42,323 bases of DNA from a virus. The translations under genes were made by a program, and so were the position numbers. The stretch lies in IMG/VR virus record IMGVR_UViG_3300031933_000299, positions 1-42,323 of that record; one strand, given 5' to 3'. Within the stretch, counting starts at the first letter, position 1, and each line of letters opens with the position of its first letter. A model generated the notes under the pieces. That model was not told where the DNA came from and did no database searches. It saw only the letters and a program-made list of their open reading frames with translations. Shown piece by piece: positions 8,914 through 18,804 of this stretch.

Positions 8914-9124
8914 TACCTAAACCCCATAAAGAAGGAAGGATTAACATGTACTTTCGTGGCTTCACCTTTCATTTATTTGTACGTGGAAGCAATGAAACGG
9001 TTAAATCAAGATGAATAAACCACCCAATAAAGGAAAACTTCCAATAGAAAATTGATATTTTCCTTTTTCAGTATTATTATAAGGAAGTTTTTTTCCTATA
9101 CAATGCACAAATCTGAAATTTATA

Positions 9125-9148
9125 TTTCAACTTTCCTTTTTATAGTCA
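9125..9148 (+). promoter_or_regulatory. Putative late promoter TTTCAACTTTCCTTT(T/A)(T/A)ATA upstream of portal
   Basis: Same motif at 11735, 12511 and 19342; TATA-like core; motif start is 42 bp before the ATG here and at 11735. Confidence 0.75.
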
Positions 9149-9166
9149 TCGCCTGAATTTTTCTAC

Positions 9167-10870
9167 ATGTCAATTCTCAACAAACTCTTCTCATCGACTC
9201 CACCACAGCAAAAGAAAACATCACCTGTTGGTGCCTATGTAGGCGATGATCCTTATCAAACCTACATAACAACATTGAAATGGATCAAAGACACGAAAGC
9301 CAAAATGCCAGACGGGTCGGTGTTCGAAGTCACACCGTCCATGAGAGAGGAAGCCTTCGAAACAGATCCTCTACTGAAAGGAACGATCACACCGTTTCTT
9401 AAGAATTCCATTTTAGGAGATTACCAGCTGGCAACAGAAGACAACAAGAAATACGAACCTGCACTCAGGGAGATCAGGCAATATCTTAACGAAATTGGCC
9501 TACTTGATGCATTCAGAGATGACTTCAAGGACCTTACAATTATCCATGGTCATGCATACCGCCGCAAGGATCCTGACAAGGACAGTATAGAATCCCTTGC
9601 ACCTCTCAAAAATGCCACAATCACAACATATCGGGATCCGTGGGATAGCACTACAGTGGCATATCATCAGAAGATATATGTAGATGATTCGTGGACCGAG
9701 AATCCGTCAACATCTGAGTATAATTCCTGGTTCATTCCCAATGGTGGCAGATACATCAAAGGTGAGTATGAAGACCGTGGTGCAAAAGCACAGTTTGATT
9801 TCATCAAAACGAAGTATGGAATCACAGATACTACAAACCTGAGAGTAGATTCATCAGACCGCATTGTTGCCATGCATCGGGTGGATCCGGACGAACCTGC
9901 ACCGATTGATTCTGCAATTCTGGCCATATGGTTAAAGCGTCTACTTCTGACAAACTCACCTAATATCATTTTCAGAGTACTCTCGCCATTCGTTCACATC
10001 AAAAATGGACTTGTCCTTGAGACCACAGGAGCAGATGGTGGAAAGGATCTCATCACCACGGTACCGCAGCAACCACCAGAGGAAATGTCGACAACTGATC
10101 CAGAGAGATATGCAGCCGAGAGTTCAATCTACAATGCATGGGTCACTGCATGCAAGACAGCTGCAAAGAACGTACTTACATCATTGAAAGATGGTGGTAT
10201 CTTCAGTTCAGGTCCTGATACAGAACTCGAGGTCGTTGAATCCGGCAGGTCGGTACCTTCCTCATTCATCAAAACAATGCTGGACCTACTTGATCAGGAA
10301 ATAGGACAGGCATTTGGGTTCCCGGTTGCACTTGTGAAGGCGAATGGTTCTGAATTGGCAACTTCACGTACTATCCTGGAACTTTTCAACACAACCTATG
10401 CAGGTGTGAGAAGAGAATATGAGAAAGTAGCTGACAAACTCATCAGAGAGAGATTTGAGGGCATGTCATGGCAGTATGAGGTACCTACAAAAGATGGCGG
10501 TACCGAAACAGGCACGTTCACATTTGATGATATGGCCTGTCATTTCAAATTGTCTGTTACTGATGTAAGTGACCAGCTGAAGGAAGCCCAGGCCAAGTTG
10601 CAGAAGATGAAGATACTTCAGATAGCCAAGCAGGTCGGAGCTGACAGGTCAGACATTCAGGCGCTCGGAGAAGAATACGGCTTTGGAATGCTCGACCTTG
10701 ACAATTACGACAATGCTCAGGATATCCCACAAACACCCTTCGGGGACGGTGCCGGCATGTCAACCCGGAGTACTGCAGAAGACCTAGAACCCTCTGAAGC
10801 AACTGACCCAGCTGACGAACTATACCAAGTCTACCTCAATGCAAAGGACAAAATCAAGGAGTTAGTATGA
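9167..10870 (+). CDS. Portal protein
   Basis: 567 aa; first gene of the head operon, before the MuF-like gene and after terL on the closed circle. Assigned mainly from size and synteny. Confidence 0.75.
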   Translation: MSILNKLFSSTPPQQKKTSPVGAYVGDDPYQTYITTLKWIKDTKAKMPDGSVFEVTPSMREEAFETDPLLKGTITPFLKNSILGDYQLATEDNKKYEPALREIRQYLNEIGLLDAFRDDFKDLTIIHGHAYRRKDPDKDSIESLAPLKNATITTYRDPWDSTTVAYHQKIYVDDSWTENPSTSEYNSWFIPNGGRYIKGEYEDRGAKAQFDFIKTKYGITDTTNLRVDSSDRIVAMHRVDPDEPAPIDSAILAIWLKRLLLTNSPNIIFRVLSPFVHIKNGLVLETTGADGGKDLITTVPQQPPEEMSTTDPERYAAESSIYNAWVTACKTAAKNVLTSLKDGGIFSSGPDTELEVVESGRSVPSSFIKTMLDLLDQEIGQAFGFPVALVKANGSELATSRTILELFNTTYAGVRREYEKVADKLIRERFEGMSWQYEVPTKDGGTETGTFTFDDMACHFKLSVTDVSDQLKEAQAKLQKMKILQIAKQVGADRSDIQALGEEYGFGMLDLDNYDNAQDIPQTPFGDGAGMSTRSTAEDLEPSEATDPADELYQVYLNAKDKIKELV

Positions 10871-10921
10871 CCGGCCTGATGTGGTTCTGTATTGGTGTTG
10901 TAACCGCTTTCATCTACACAT

Positions 10922-11734
10922 GTGGAGTGCTCACAATTGGCCTCTGAGATTGATCCTGAGACGTTTGACCAGCAGGTAGACCAACTACTCTTAGGTGTCA
11001 CTGCCACTCAGTCAGATGAGCTTGTGAAGTTGATTACAGCCTATTACAAAGCAGGTTCTGATGATGTTCGACCCAATACTCGCCTGACCAATGTTCAGAA
11101 GAATGCTATTAAGAAGCTTTCAGCTGAACACTTCGGCTACATCAGTGAGTTTAATCGCAATGTCGGTGACCAGATCAAGAACAAGGCAAGAGAGCTACTG
11201 AACGAGGGGAAAGGCTATGCTGAAATCTCAGAAGAAATCAGAACCTACGCAGAAGATGTATTTGGCGGGTCAGAGAGGGTTGTTATCGACAATACAGGAA
11301 AGAAGAGAACTGTCTTCAAAGTGGGAAAGGATGGCACAATTCGAAAGACATCAAAGATTATCGAACGTCCGTATGTGACCAACACTCAAGCATATTCTGA
11401 CATGCTTTCGAGGACTGCAACACATACAGCATGGGAGCAGGGCAGAGCAACGGAATACCAACGTATGGGTTTTTCTAAATTCCGGCTGACAGGTCCCGTG
11501 GATGAGAGAGCACGCCCCGATCATGTCGCAGCTTTAGGGTTTGTTTACGAGTATGGAACCGAGCAAGGTAACTATGCACTTTCATTATTAGAAGAACCCA
11601 ATTGCAGACATCGTCAGATTCCTATATTTGGTGACCCGAAGCTCGACACACCGATGTCATTCTTTGAAGAACAAAAAGAGAAAGCTGGCCTGTACTTCGA
11701 TGATGATGCAGGTGAGTGGAAGTTCAGAGAGTGA
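10922..11734 (+). CDS. Minor head protein, SPP1 gp7/Mu gpF-like (start may be TTG 10937)
   Basis: SRTATHTAWEQGR...VDERARPDH...PNCRH pattern; follows portal. Confidence 0.8.
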   Translation: MECSQLASEIDPETFDQQVDQLLLGVTATQSDELVKLITAYYKAGSDDVRPNTRLTNVQKNAIKKLSAEHFGYISEFNRNVGDQIKNKARELLNEGKGYAEISEEIRTYAEDVFGGSERVVIDNTGKKRTVFKVGKDGTIRKTSKIIERPYVTNTQAYSDMLSRTATHTAWEQGRATEYQRMGFSKFRLTGPVDERARPDHVAALGFVYEYGTEQGNYALSLLEEPNCRHRQIPIFGDPKLDTPMSFFEEQKEKAGLYFDDDAGEWKFRE

Positions 11735-11758
11735 TTTCAACTTTCCTTTAAATAGTCA
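11735..11758 (+). promoter_or_regulatory. Putative late promoter upstream of protease
   Basis: tttcaactttcctttaaatagtca; 42 bp to ATG 11777. Confidence 0.75.
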
Positions 11759-11776
11759 CTCTTCAAAGTTCCGAGT

Positions 11777-12988
11777 ATGATTATTTCAACTGTTCTTTCA
11801 GAAAAACCACTCGTCGAAGGTAACAGTGTAACTCTGGCCATCTGCCGAGCAGGCACTAAAGCATATGACGAAAAGGGTAAAGAGTACACCATCACACAAT
11901 CTGCAATCGATTCAAGTGCCGATACATATTCAGGTGGAATCATCACCATCAATCACAAAGTCAAAGAAAATGGCAAGATCACAAAGTCTTGGCAAGACGG
12001 AGAGTTCATCAAAGCCACCGTGGAAGGACTTTCGCAGGCATGTGTGGATGCTATTAATTCAGCTGCTTATCGTGGTGTTTCGCAGGAATCTACTGACGCA
12101 GAGTTCGCTGACAAGAACAGCACCGATATTATCAAACTCAAAGGAACTGGTGTAACTTTTGTGTTCTATCCTGAGAATCCTGCATGTCCTTTGAATAAAG
12201 GATGTGGTGTTCCGATTGCTTCTACCATGGTAACGGCAGATGGGAACTATGAGAGACATTCTTTTGATGTAGCTGTCGAAAACAATGCAGGTACCCTTGT
12301 AAAAGTTAGTGAGATATCGGTGTACTTAGATGGTGATGAAATTGGTGATAAAGATATCCTCAAGAAAAGGATCCTGCAAGAAGCCATGTTCATAGGTGCC
12401 GGTCAGTACAAAATCTTCAATGTTGATACCTCACTCGAAACCGGTGATGTAATTCCTGCAGACAAAGAAGTTGTTCATGATGTGAATATTTCTGTATCAA
12501 TGTTAAAGAGTTTCAACTTTCCTTTAAATACCCATAATGAAAAACTTGAATCAAATACTCCTGGAGGGGTAAACATAACTGAAGCCGACCAAAGCGCAAA
12601 ACTTGAATCAACTGTCTCTGATCTCAAAACAGAGAACAAGGATCTCAAGTCCACTATCACTGAACTCCGTCAGGAGCTCAAAGAGAAGGACGGAAAGATT
12701 GAGAGCACGGTGAATGCAGCCGTGAAAGCTGCTCTGGAATCACACGACAAAGCACTCAAGGAACAGACCGAACGCGACTCTATTCTGACCGAACTCAAGT
12801 CAACCGTTTCTGATGAGACACTCGCTGGGTTCAAAGATGTACCAACATTTGCACTGAAAAGTACACTTGCAGCAATCAAGGAGAGCGCAGGGAAGCGCGT
12901 GGGAGCAAACAGCGGGACCGGTGTACAGAGCACCACAGATGAGGAGGACTATGCCTCACTGGGTGTAACATCAATCGAGGTGGAATAA
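11777..12988 (+). CDS. Prohead protease with C-terminal coiled-coil scaffold domain
   Basis: N-terminal INH and GVSQES candidate catalytic His/Ser; C-terminal heptad-rich region; lies between MuF and cement/MCP. Confidence 0.75.
   Translation: MIISTVLSEKPLVEGNSVTLAICRAGTKAYDEKGKEYTITQSAIDSSADTYSGGIITINHKVKENGKITKSWQDGEFIKATVEGLSQACVDAINSAAYRGVSQESTDAEFADKNSTDIIKLKGTGVTFVFYPENPACPLNKGCGVPIASTMVTADGNYERHSFDVAVENNAGTLVKVSEISVYLDGDEIGDKDILKKRILQEAMFIGAGQYKIFNVDTSLETGDVIPADKEVVHDVNISVSMLKSFNFPLNTHNEKLESNTPGGVNITEADQSAKLESTVSDLKTENKDLKSTITELRQELKEKDGKIESTVNAAVKAALESHDKALKEQTERDSILTELKSTVSDETLAGFKDVPTFALKSTLAAIKESAGKRVGANSGTGVQSTTDEEDYASLGVTSIEVE
12511..12530 (+). promoter_or_regulatory. Putative late promoter inside the protease ORF
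   Basis: 20/20 match (tttcaactttcctttaaata) to the copies at 11735 and 19342, followed by GGAGGGG at 12563-12569. Confidence 0.65.
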
Positions 12989-13425
12989 TGGCAGTTGGAG
13001 ATCTCAAGGGTGAGGAAGCGATTTGTATAAAACTTACACTCGGAGCAACGGCTACTACAGGCCAGGTCATCGCACTCCAGGCAGACGGCAAATGGGACCC
13101 TGTTACAACCGGGATGCCTGGTAAGTTCGCTGTAGCACTGGAGGGTGGAGATGATACAGAAGAAGTGATGGCATGTGTATATGGTCGCGTGGAAGTGCAG
13201 GCAACCGCAGCCACAATTCCAAAAGGTGCTCATGTCATTGCAGGCTCAACCGGGAAGATAGTGAAAGCTACAGCGATGACTGCACTCGATGCACCTGCAT
13301 CATATGTCGAGGCAACAGTACAGACCGAGCTTGACAAAATACAGGATCCACGTCTTCTCGTAGGTACTGTGATGGAAGCATTTGGTTCTGGTGAAACTGG
13401 AACACTCTTTGTAGGAATGGTGTAA
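12988..13425 (+). CDS. Capsid cement/decoration protein (DUF2190-like)
   Basis: 145 aa, G/A/V/T-rich beta protein directly before the MCP. Confidence 0.7.
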   Translation: MAVGDLKGEEAICIKLTLGATATTGQVIALQADGKWDPVTTGMPGKFAVALEGGDDTEEVMACVYGRVEVQATAATIPKGAHVIAGSTGKIVKATAMTALDAPASYVEATVQTELDKIQDPRLLVGTVMEAFGSGETGTLFVGMV

Positions 13426-13427
13426 TC

Positions 13428-14261
13428 ATGGCAGGAACTACAACCCCAACAACTATTGATGGCTCATTAGATGCCAAGAACATTGCAATGCGTGTCCTTA
13501 AGGGCGCAATCGAACTGACCGATCTTGCACCTCTCTGTATGTCCGTACAGGTGCCTGAACTCGTGGCAACCGTGCCAGTGTATTCCGTGCCAGCTGGAAA
13601 CGAAGACCTTGAACCGATGGAAGAGTCTGACATTGAAGGCTCTGAGTTCACCAATGTGGACTTTGACCTCAAGAAAGACCGTGTCAAGGTTGCAGTGACC
13701 GACGAGGCCAGATACAAGAGCAGGGCCGGAGATCCTCTCACACTTCAGATAGGCGGTGCATCAGACAGACTTGCACAGCTCCTGAACAAGAAGATCGTCA
13801 CAGCTGCAAACACCACACCACAGACTTCCGCGGGTGCCGATTGGTCCGGAGCCAACAATCCAATTGCAGACATCGCAACTGCAGTAGCTGCACTCAGACC
13901 ATATAAGGCAGATTACTGTCTCATGGGTTCAACTGCATTTGCCAACTATACCAGCCACTTCGACATTGCCACAACCACCGAGCTTGGTAATGCAATGGCG
14001 GTGGTTCCCGGATACAACATTCCAATAATGGTATCCACGGAGATTGATGATGTCATCGATGAGGCAGCTGCAGTTGTGGTTGCATCAAAGGCCCCCGGCA
14101 TGGTCATTGGTAACGGGCCTGTGAAGGTCAGACGTAAGGACCTCATGAGTGGTGCCGAGGTGTACCAGATCGATGTGTGGAGAGAAGTAGTTTCCAACAT
14201 CCACGATACTGGAAGCTCCACCAACGCAGCAGTGTACAAACTCACCGGACTGGACGGATAA
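13428..14261 (+). CDS. Major capsid protein (HK97 fold)
   Basis: 277 aa at the canonical position after protease and cement; followed by a terminator-like hairpin. Confidence 0.8.
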   Translation: MAGTTTPTTIDGSLDAKNIAMRVLKGAIELTDLAPLCMSVQVPELVATVPVYSVPAGNEDLEPMEESDIEGSEFTNVDFDLKKDRVKVAVTDEARYKSRAGDPLTLQIGGASDRLAQLLNKKIVTAANTTPQTSAGADWSGANNPIADIATAVAALRPYKADYCLMGSTAFANYTSHFDIATTTELGNAMAVVPGYNIPIMVSTEIDDVIDEAAAVVVASKAPGMVIGNGPVKVRRKDLMSGAEVYQIDVWREVVSNIHDTGSSTNAAVYKLTGLDG

Positions 14262-14279
14262 TCCCGTCCTGCACTTTTT
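14252..14279 (+). terminator. Hairpin plus T-run after the MCP
   Basis: GGACGG-ataatc-CCGTCC, then tgcacTTTTT. Confidence 0.5.
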
Positions 14280-14291
14280 CCGGAGGCTATC

Positions 14292-14699
14292 ATGCCATCT
14301 TTGATTTCAAAAGAAGATGTTGAGTTGGAACTTCAGGAGAGTCTACCCACCGGGTACACTGACAGTTTCATCGTATCTCTATCGGACACCGCAGAGAGCA
14401 TCATCCAGAATGAAACCAATCGAACATCATTCACAGGTGGTGCAGCTGATCTCTATTCGCGGGCTGTTCTATGCTGGATTGTCAGCGCTCTGATTTCTCC
14501 AAATCCGTCTCTGATGAAAGGATCTGTCACACAGATCAAAGAAGGCGATTCCCAGATCACGTTTGGTAATGGTCGCGGAGTGGCAACATATGCAACTGAG
14601 TATGGTTCTCTGATAGCATCATTACGAATCCGGAACAGTGGAAGCAATTACACGTACACTAACGAAACGACATTCTATTCTGAGGAGGATTCTGAATGA
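14292..14699 (+). CDS. Head-tail connector/adaptor (gp6/gp15-like)
   Basis: Helical 135-aa protein after the MCP, with QIKEGDSQITF resembling the adaptor C-terminal strand. Confidence 0.65.
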   Translation: MPSLISKEDVELELQESLPTGYTDSFIVSLSDTAESIIQNETNRTSFTGGAADLYSRAVLCWIVSALISPNPSLMKGSVTQIKEGDSQITFGNGRGVATYATEYGSLIASLRIRNSGSNYTYTNETTFYSEEDSE

Positions 14700-15130
14700 A
14701 GTACACTGATGAGTTCAAACAGGAAGTGGGGGACAAACCACGCGGAATCCCCCTGACAGATTCTGGTGGAACCGAACTCACACCAGATACCGATGCACCT
14801 GCTTTCTATGTTCTCGAAGCAACGGGCGCTGAAACTCTCAAATTCTACATTGATGCTGAAAAGTTGAGATACTACAGCATGATGGATGTCAACGTCACAG
14901 CAGATGCAAATGTGACACTTGCACTGTCCCTCAAATGGCGTATTCTCGGAGGAGACAAGGAGAAGTATGCATACTCGATGTCACTGACGGGAACACAGGC
15001 TCTGAATGGATGTAGTACCGCATATCCACTTGTTGAGGATGTTCCTCCTGGTACACAGGCATGGATTGAGGTGGCCACAGGCGGAGCTGCAAATGTGGCT
15101 CTCAATGTCATGGGGAGGTACAAAGCATGA
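14696..15130 (+). CDS. Hypothetical virion-associated protein
   Basis: Coupled ATGA overlaps on both sides; within the structural operon. Confidence 0.7.
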   Translation: MKYTDEFKQEVGDKPRGIPLTDSGGTELTPDTDAPAFYVLEATGAETLKFYIDAEKLRYYSMMDVNVTADANVTLALSLKWRILGGDKEKYAYSMSLTGTQALNGCSTAYPLVEDVPPGTQAWIEVATGGAANVALNVMGRYKA

Positions 15131-15438
15131 ACTACCCAACACATGCATTTGTCAAAGAGCAGATACGTTCAGGCAAGTGGCCAGCTAAAGAAGACGAGAT
15201 CCTTGACATTAGGTCACTCTCTGATAGAGAAGTCAAGATCATTGAACTCTATTACCAGGAAGAGATCATCAAACAGCTTCGCCAGATCAACGAAAAACTG
15301 GACAACAAAATAAATGCAAACAAGGTCATCGATGACCTGAACGAAGACAGTCAGAGTTCATATTTACAGGGTATCAAGGATTTTGCAACTGATTTTCTTG
15401 ATGATGGTCGTGTGAACGGCAGTTCTCGTGAGAGGTGA
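15127..15438 (+). CDS. Hypothetical protein
   Basis: 103 aa, ATGA overlap with the upstream gene. Confidence 0.65.
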   Translation: MNYPTHAFVKEQIRSGKWPAKEDEILDIRSLSDREVKIIELYYQEEIIKQLRQINEKLDNKINANKVIDDLNEDSQSSYLQGIKDFATDFLDDGRVNGSSRER

Positions 15439-15445
15439 CCGTGCT

Positions 15446-17617
15446 ATGAAGTACAGGTCACTTTTTCTTATTTTTCTTGTAATTGGATTGTTGTTTGTTG
15501 GTAGTGCATCTGCAACTAATTATTACGCTTCACCTACATTGGGTTCAGATTCTAATGATGGACTAAGTACAGGTGCACCATTCCTAAGTATTCAAACGGG
15601 TATTGATGCACTTTCGGCTGGAGACACGCTGTATTTGATGGATGGAACGTGGTATGATAACTCTTCATTTTTCAATGAATCTGGTACAGAAGGAAATCCA
15701 ATAACAATAACAAACTATACTGGTGCATTTCCAATACTTCAAGGAGATTACAATAAAATAACCGATTCTGAATATGTAGCATTTGGAGGAATAGGTAAAT
15801 CATACATTTCAATTTCAAATATAGAAATTTACGATTATCGTTCAGGAGTATGGTTTGATTATAATGGAGTTTCACCTTATCATGATATAACAATTGATAA
15901 TTTGAAAATTCATGATATATATAAAGGTGCTATTGTAATAGACCCATTTGGTTATGATGTTCTTATAGATGGATGTGAAGTATATGACAATGATGAAAGT
16001 GGTGATGGTAACATAATAGGTATATATGGTACTTATCCTGACAAAGATTCTGGATTATATACACATGATATAACTTTGAATGATACATGGATACATGGAC
16101 ATGTAGACCACTCTGCAATAGATTTATTTGGAGAAATGGAAAATATTACTGTGACGTATAATAGAATAGATACTGATTCAGGAAGTATATATTATCACAC
16201 CACACCAACGGAAGCTAAAAATGTATTATTGTATTCAAACATAAGTTATAATACTATAAATACAACTTCTAGTTATGGTATAAATGTATTAGCAAGTAAC
16301 AGTACATTCAATAATAATATTATAACAAATACAATGTCAGAGAGTATATATTTACCAACATATGCAAATACAACTACAAGTTTTTATCCTAATTATAATA
16401 CTATAAGTAATAATATTTGTGATGATGGAATCAAAATTACTGGTGATGAAAATACTGTAAACAATAACTCAGCTACATCATATGGATTGTATCCTTTTAA
16501 TGATTCAGTATTGAATCCTGTCGGAACTTCATATTTAGTAAGCAGAAATAGTGAACCAGGAACTACAAATGTAATATACACAAATGGGAAAGTAACGTCT
16601 AATACTCGTAACCTACCAATAACGTTCTACAATACAAATAGTACATTTTCGGTTGGAACACTGTTCGCAACTGTGACTGCATATGATTTGTATTTAGTTC
16701 CAAGCTCTGGATATTTGGATTCCTTCACTGAATTTAACCCATCGGGAGATAAATATAGTTTTTCAATATCGGCATCAGAAGATTCGTTAGATACTACTAT
16801 ATCAGCAACAATGGAAGAAGCAAATACAAATTATACTTTATCAATAGACGATTCTTATATAGAAATTGCAATGTCCGATGCTAATGGTTTTGTAGAATTT
16901 GCACCAACAGCATTGAACATTGCATCACAAACAATTGTAATAGAACAAACTCCAACAAATGAAGTATTAGAATATCAAGTATCACAGTCATCAGATGATG
17001 CATACGAACAAGGTTCTGGGTATTTCTCACTAACAACACCAATTGTAACGAAAACAAGTGATAATACATCTTCAAGTAATTATATTGGTGCGGGTATTCG
17101 ATTCCAAAATATAACAATTCCAGATAATGCAACAATAGAATCAGTGACATTGGATTTGTATTTAACATCAACCACTTATGATAATGCTGATTTGTCTATA
17201 TTCTTCATAAAGGAATTAGATACTGAAACATTTAGCTCTGCATCGTCAGATACAAAGGTATTAAATAGAGCACTTACAACAAATAGTACACTATGGTATG
17301 AACAAGGAATATCTATTGGATGGTCGTCATCTCCTGATATAACAGGTGCATTTAATGAAGTTATAAATCAGGATGGATGGACAAGTGGTAATGACGTTTC
17401 AATAATATTAATGCCAACTGTAAATGCAACAAATAGTGAAATGAGAGCAAATTCATATGATGATGACTCTACATTAGCACCAAAATTAATAATTGAATAT
17501 TCAATTCCTACAGAAGAATCCAGCGATAATACATTTGTAGTTGCTACTTTTGTGGCAAGTTCATTTGCGGGATTGGTTTTTGCTATTAATTCATGGTTAA
17601 ATAGACGGAGGTCTTGA
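15446..17617 (+). CDS. Secreted, membrane-anchored parallel beta-helix (pectin-lyase-like) protein with C-terminal DNRLRE/CBM-like domain
   Basis: Signal peptide MKYRSLFLIFLVIGLLFVGSASA; YYASPTLGSDSNDGLS...PFLSIQTGI start typical of beta-helix enzymes; Asn-ladder repeats; GIRFQNITIPDNATIESVTL...APKLIIEY domain; C-terminal TM; visibly AT-rich relative to flanks. Confidence 0.85.
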   Translation: MKYRSLFLIFLVIGLLFVGSASATNYYASPTLGSDSNDGLSTGAPFLSIQTGIDALSAGDTLYLMDGTWYDNSSFFNESGTEGNPITITNYTGAFPILQGDYNKITDSEYVAFGGIGKSYISISNIEIYDYRSGVWFDYNGVSPYHDITIDNLKIHDIYKGAIVIDPFGYDVLIDGCEVYDNDESGDGNIIGIYGTYPDKDSGLYTHDITLNDTWIHGHVDHSAIDLFGEMENITVTYNRIDTDSGSIYYHTTPTEAKNVLLYSNISYNTINTTSSYGINVLASNSTFNNNIITNTMSESIYLPTYANTTTSFYPNYNTISNNICDDGIKITGDENTVNNNSATSYGLYPFNDSVLNPVGTSYLVSRNSEPGTTNVIYTNGKVTSNTRNLPITFYNTNSTFSVGTLFATVTAYDLYLVPSSGYLDSFTEFNPSGDKYSFSISASEDSLDTTISATMEEANTNYTLSIDDSYIEIAMSDANGFVEFAPTALNIASQTIVIEQTPTNEVLEYQVSQSSDDAYEQGSGYFSLTTPIVTKTSDNTSSSNYIGAGIRFQNITIPDNATIESVTLDLYLTSTTYDNADLSIFFIKELDTETFSSASSDTKVLNRALTTNSTLWYEQGISIGWSSSPDITGAFNEVINQDGWTSGNDVSIILMPTVNATNSEMRANSYDDDSTLAPKLIIEYSIPTEESSDNTFVVATFVASSFAGLVFAINSWLNRRRS

Positions 17618-17618
17618 A

Positions 17619-17913
17619 AATGACTGAAAATGCCGACAACGAAACAACTCTTGAAGTCTCTGAAGACGAAGTAACGACTACGAACCCCACAGCACTTGCT
17701 ATCATAGCAATCATGAATGCTCTTGCAACCATGTTCACTAAGCTTGTTGACGAAGTCCTTGCCGTTCTCATGATGGCGGGTATTCTATACATCATAGTGA
17801 ATCAGGTGGAAATAGGCGAGTGGTTCAATTGGCTGTCAACGGTGGGAACCATGGTGATGACATACTACTTTGTCAAGAAAGCCACTACAAGCACAAGCAC
17901 ATCCAGCGAGTAA
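17619..17913 (+). CDS. Small multi-TM protein, holin-like
   Basis: Acidic N-terminus, then 2-3 hydrophobic helices. Confidence 0.55.
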
Positions 17914-17923
17914 GGAGTGACAA

Positions 17924-18160
17924 ATGGCCGATCAGGACCTACTCAGTGAGATATGCAGGTCCTTGGGAAGAATTGAACAGAAAGTCGATGATGTCAGGGA
18001 TACAAATGCTAAACAATCAACAGCACACGACAAGCTTGATGAGAGAGTTTCTTTCCTTGAGCAGTGTAGGCAACACGACAAAGGAGTAATGGCAGGAATA
18101 TCATTGGCAGTATCTGTATTTGCATGGGTGCTGATGTACTTGGCAGGGAGGGTGGGCTAA
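17924..18160 (+). CDS. Coiled-coil protein with C-terminal TM (XhlA/holin-accessory-like)
   Basis: LGRIEQKVDDV...LDERVSFLE coiled coil, then GISLAVSVFAWVLMYL. Confidence 0.6.
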   Translation: MADQDLLSEICRSLGRIEQKVDDVRDTNAKQSTAHDKLDERVSFLEQCRQHDKGVMAGISLAVSVFAWVLMYLAGRVG

Positions 18161-18519
18161 TGTTCTCGTCCTTTAACTATCCGCGTCCAATCCTCAAGGT
18201 TGATGTCACCGAAGGATACACTGATCAAAGCACAGGAGATTGGATCCCAGAATCCACGTCAGAGACTTCGATAGAAGCACATATCAGTGACATCTCGTGG
18301 AAAGAAAGACAATATCTGGATGACAGTGTGATCGAAAAGGGAACTCGCAAACTCAGCTGCAGTTCAGATATAGCTCTGGCAGTTGGAGATCGTATCAAGA
18401 TCACGGAAGAAGATTCCACTGTAACTGAATGGATTGTAAATCAAAGACTATCTGAAACCAATCTCTTGAATTCTTATTTGAGTGAATCTCGAGAGACGTT
18501 CTTGTTAACAAGGAAATAA
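18160..18519 (+). CDS. Head closure protein (SPP1 gp16-like)
   Basis: GYTDQSTGDW...LAVGDRIKI...WIVNQ beta-barrel pattern; start moved to ATG 18160. Confidence 0.65.
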   Translation: MFSSFNYPRPILKVDVTEGYTDQSTGDWIPESTSETSIEAHISDISWKERQYLDDSVIEKGTRKLSCSSDIALAVGDRIKITEEDSTVTEWIVNQRLSETNLLNSYLSESRETFLLTRK

Positions 18520-18546
18520 TTATATCATGTTAATAACTATATGTAG

Positions 18547-18804
18547 TTGTATAAAATGTTCGTTTGCCGACGTGATGGATTGCTCCGAGTCTGTACATCA
18601 GACTGTCCTTATAGAAGTACCTGTGAACAGCACAGGCTTTCTCTTCTGCTACATTCGAACAATATGTCGTGCGTGTCTCCGAAGCAGACCGTGGACGACA
18701 TTCCCATTACTATTTTTTCAGGTATTGAAATACACCCAGACTCTTACATCAACGAGGTCGCTAACCATGACAAACATAGTTCAGGTATCCTGCAGCAATC
18801 CTGA
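18547..18804 (+). CDS. Small Cys-containing hypothetical protein
   Basis: Open frame with C...C...CPYRSTC; weak support. Confidence 0.4.
   Translation: MYKMFVCRRDGLLRVCTSDCPYRSTCEQHRLSLLLHSNNMSCVSPKQTVDDIPITIFSGIEIHPDSYINEVANHDKHSSGILQQS

Larger units (their letters stand above)
7897..9038 (+). repeat. Intergenic repeat CCCATA-N5-GGAAG, cluster 1 (copies near 7897, 8174, 8526, 8920; variant at 9017)
   Basis: Read directly: aacccatagataaggaagtg, acccatagaaaaggaagtg, aacccataataaaggaagtg, aaccccataaagaaggaagg, aaaccacccaataaaggaaaac. Confidence 0.9.

Noticed and set aside
12531-12546. CCCATAATGAAAAAC as another cassette motif copy
   Set aside because: Lacks GGAA at the fixed spacing and lies inside the protease ORF next to the late promoter.
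2095-17617. Similar C-termini (NRSRRS and NRRRS) of the two large surface proteins as a shared sorting signal
   Set aside because: Both are explained by an overlapping CGGAGGT ribosome-binding site for the next gene plus the positive-inside rule after a TM helix.
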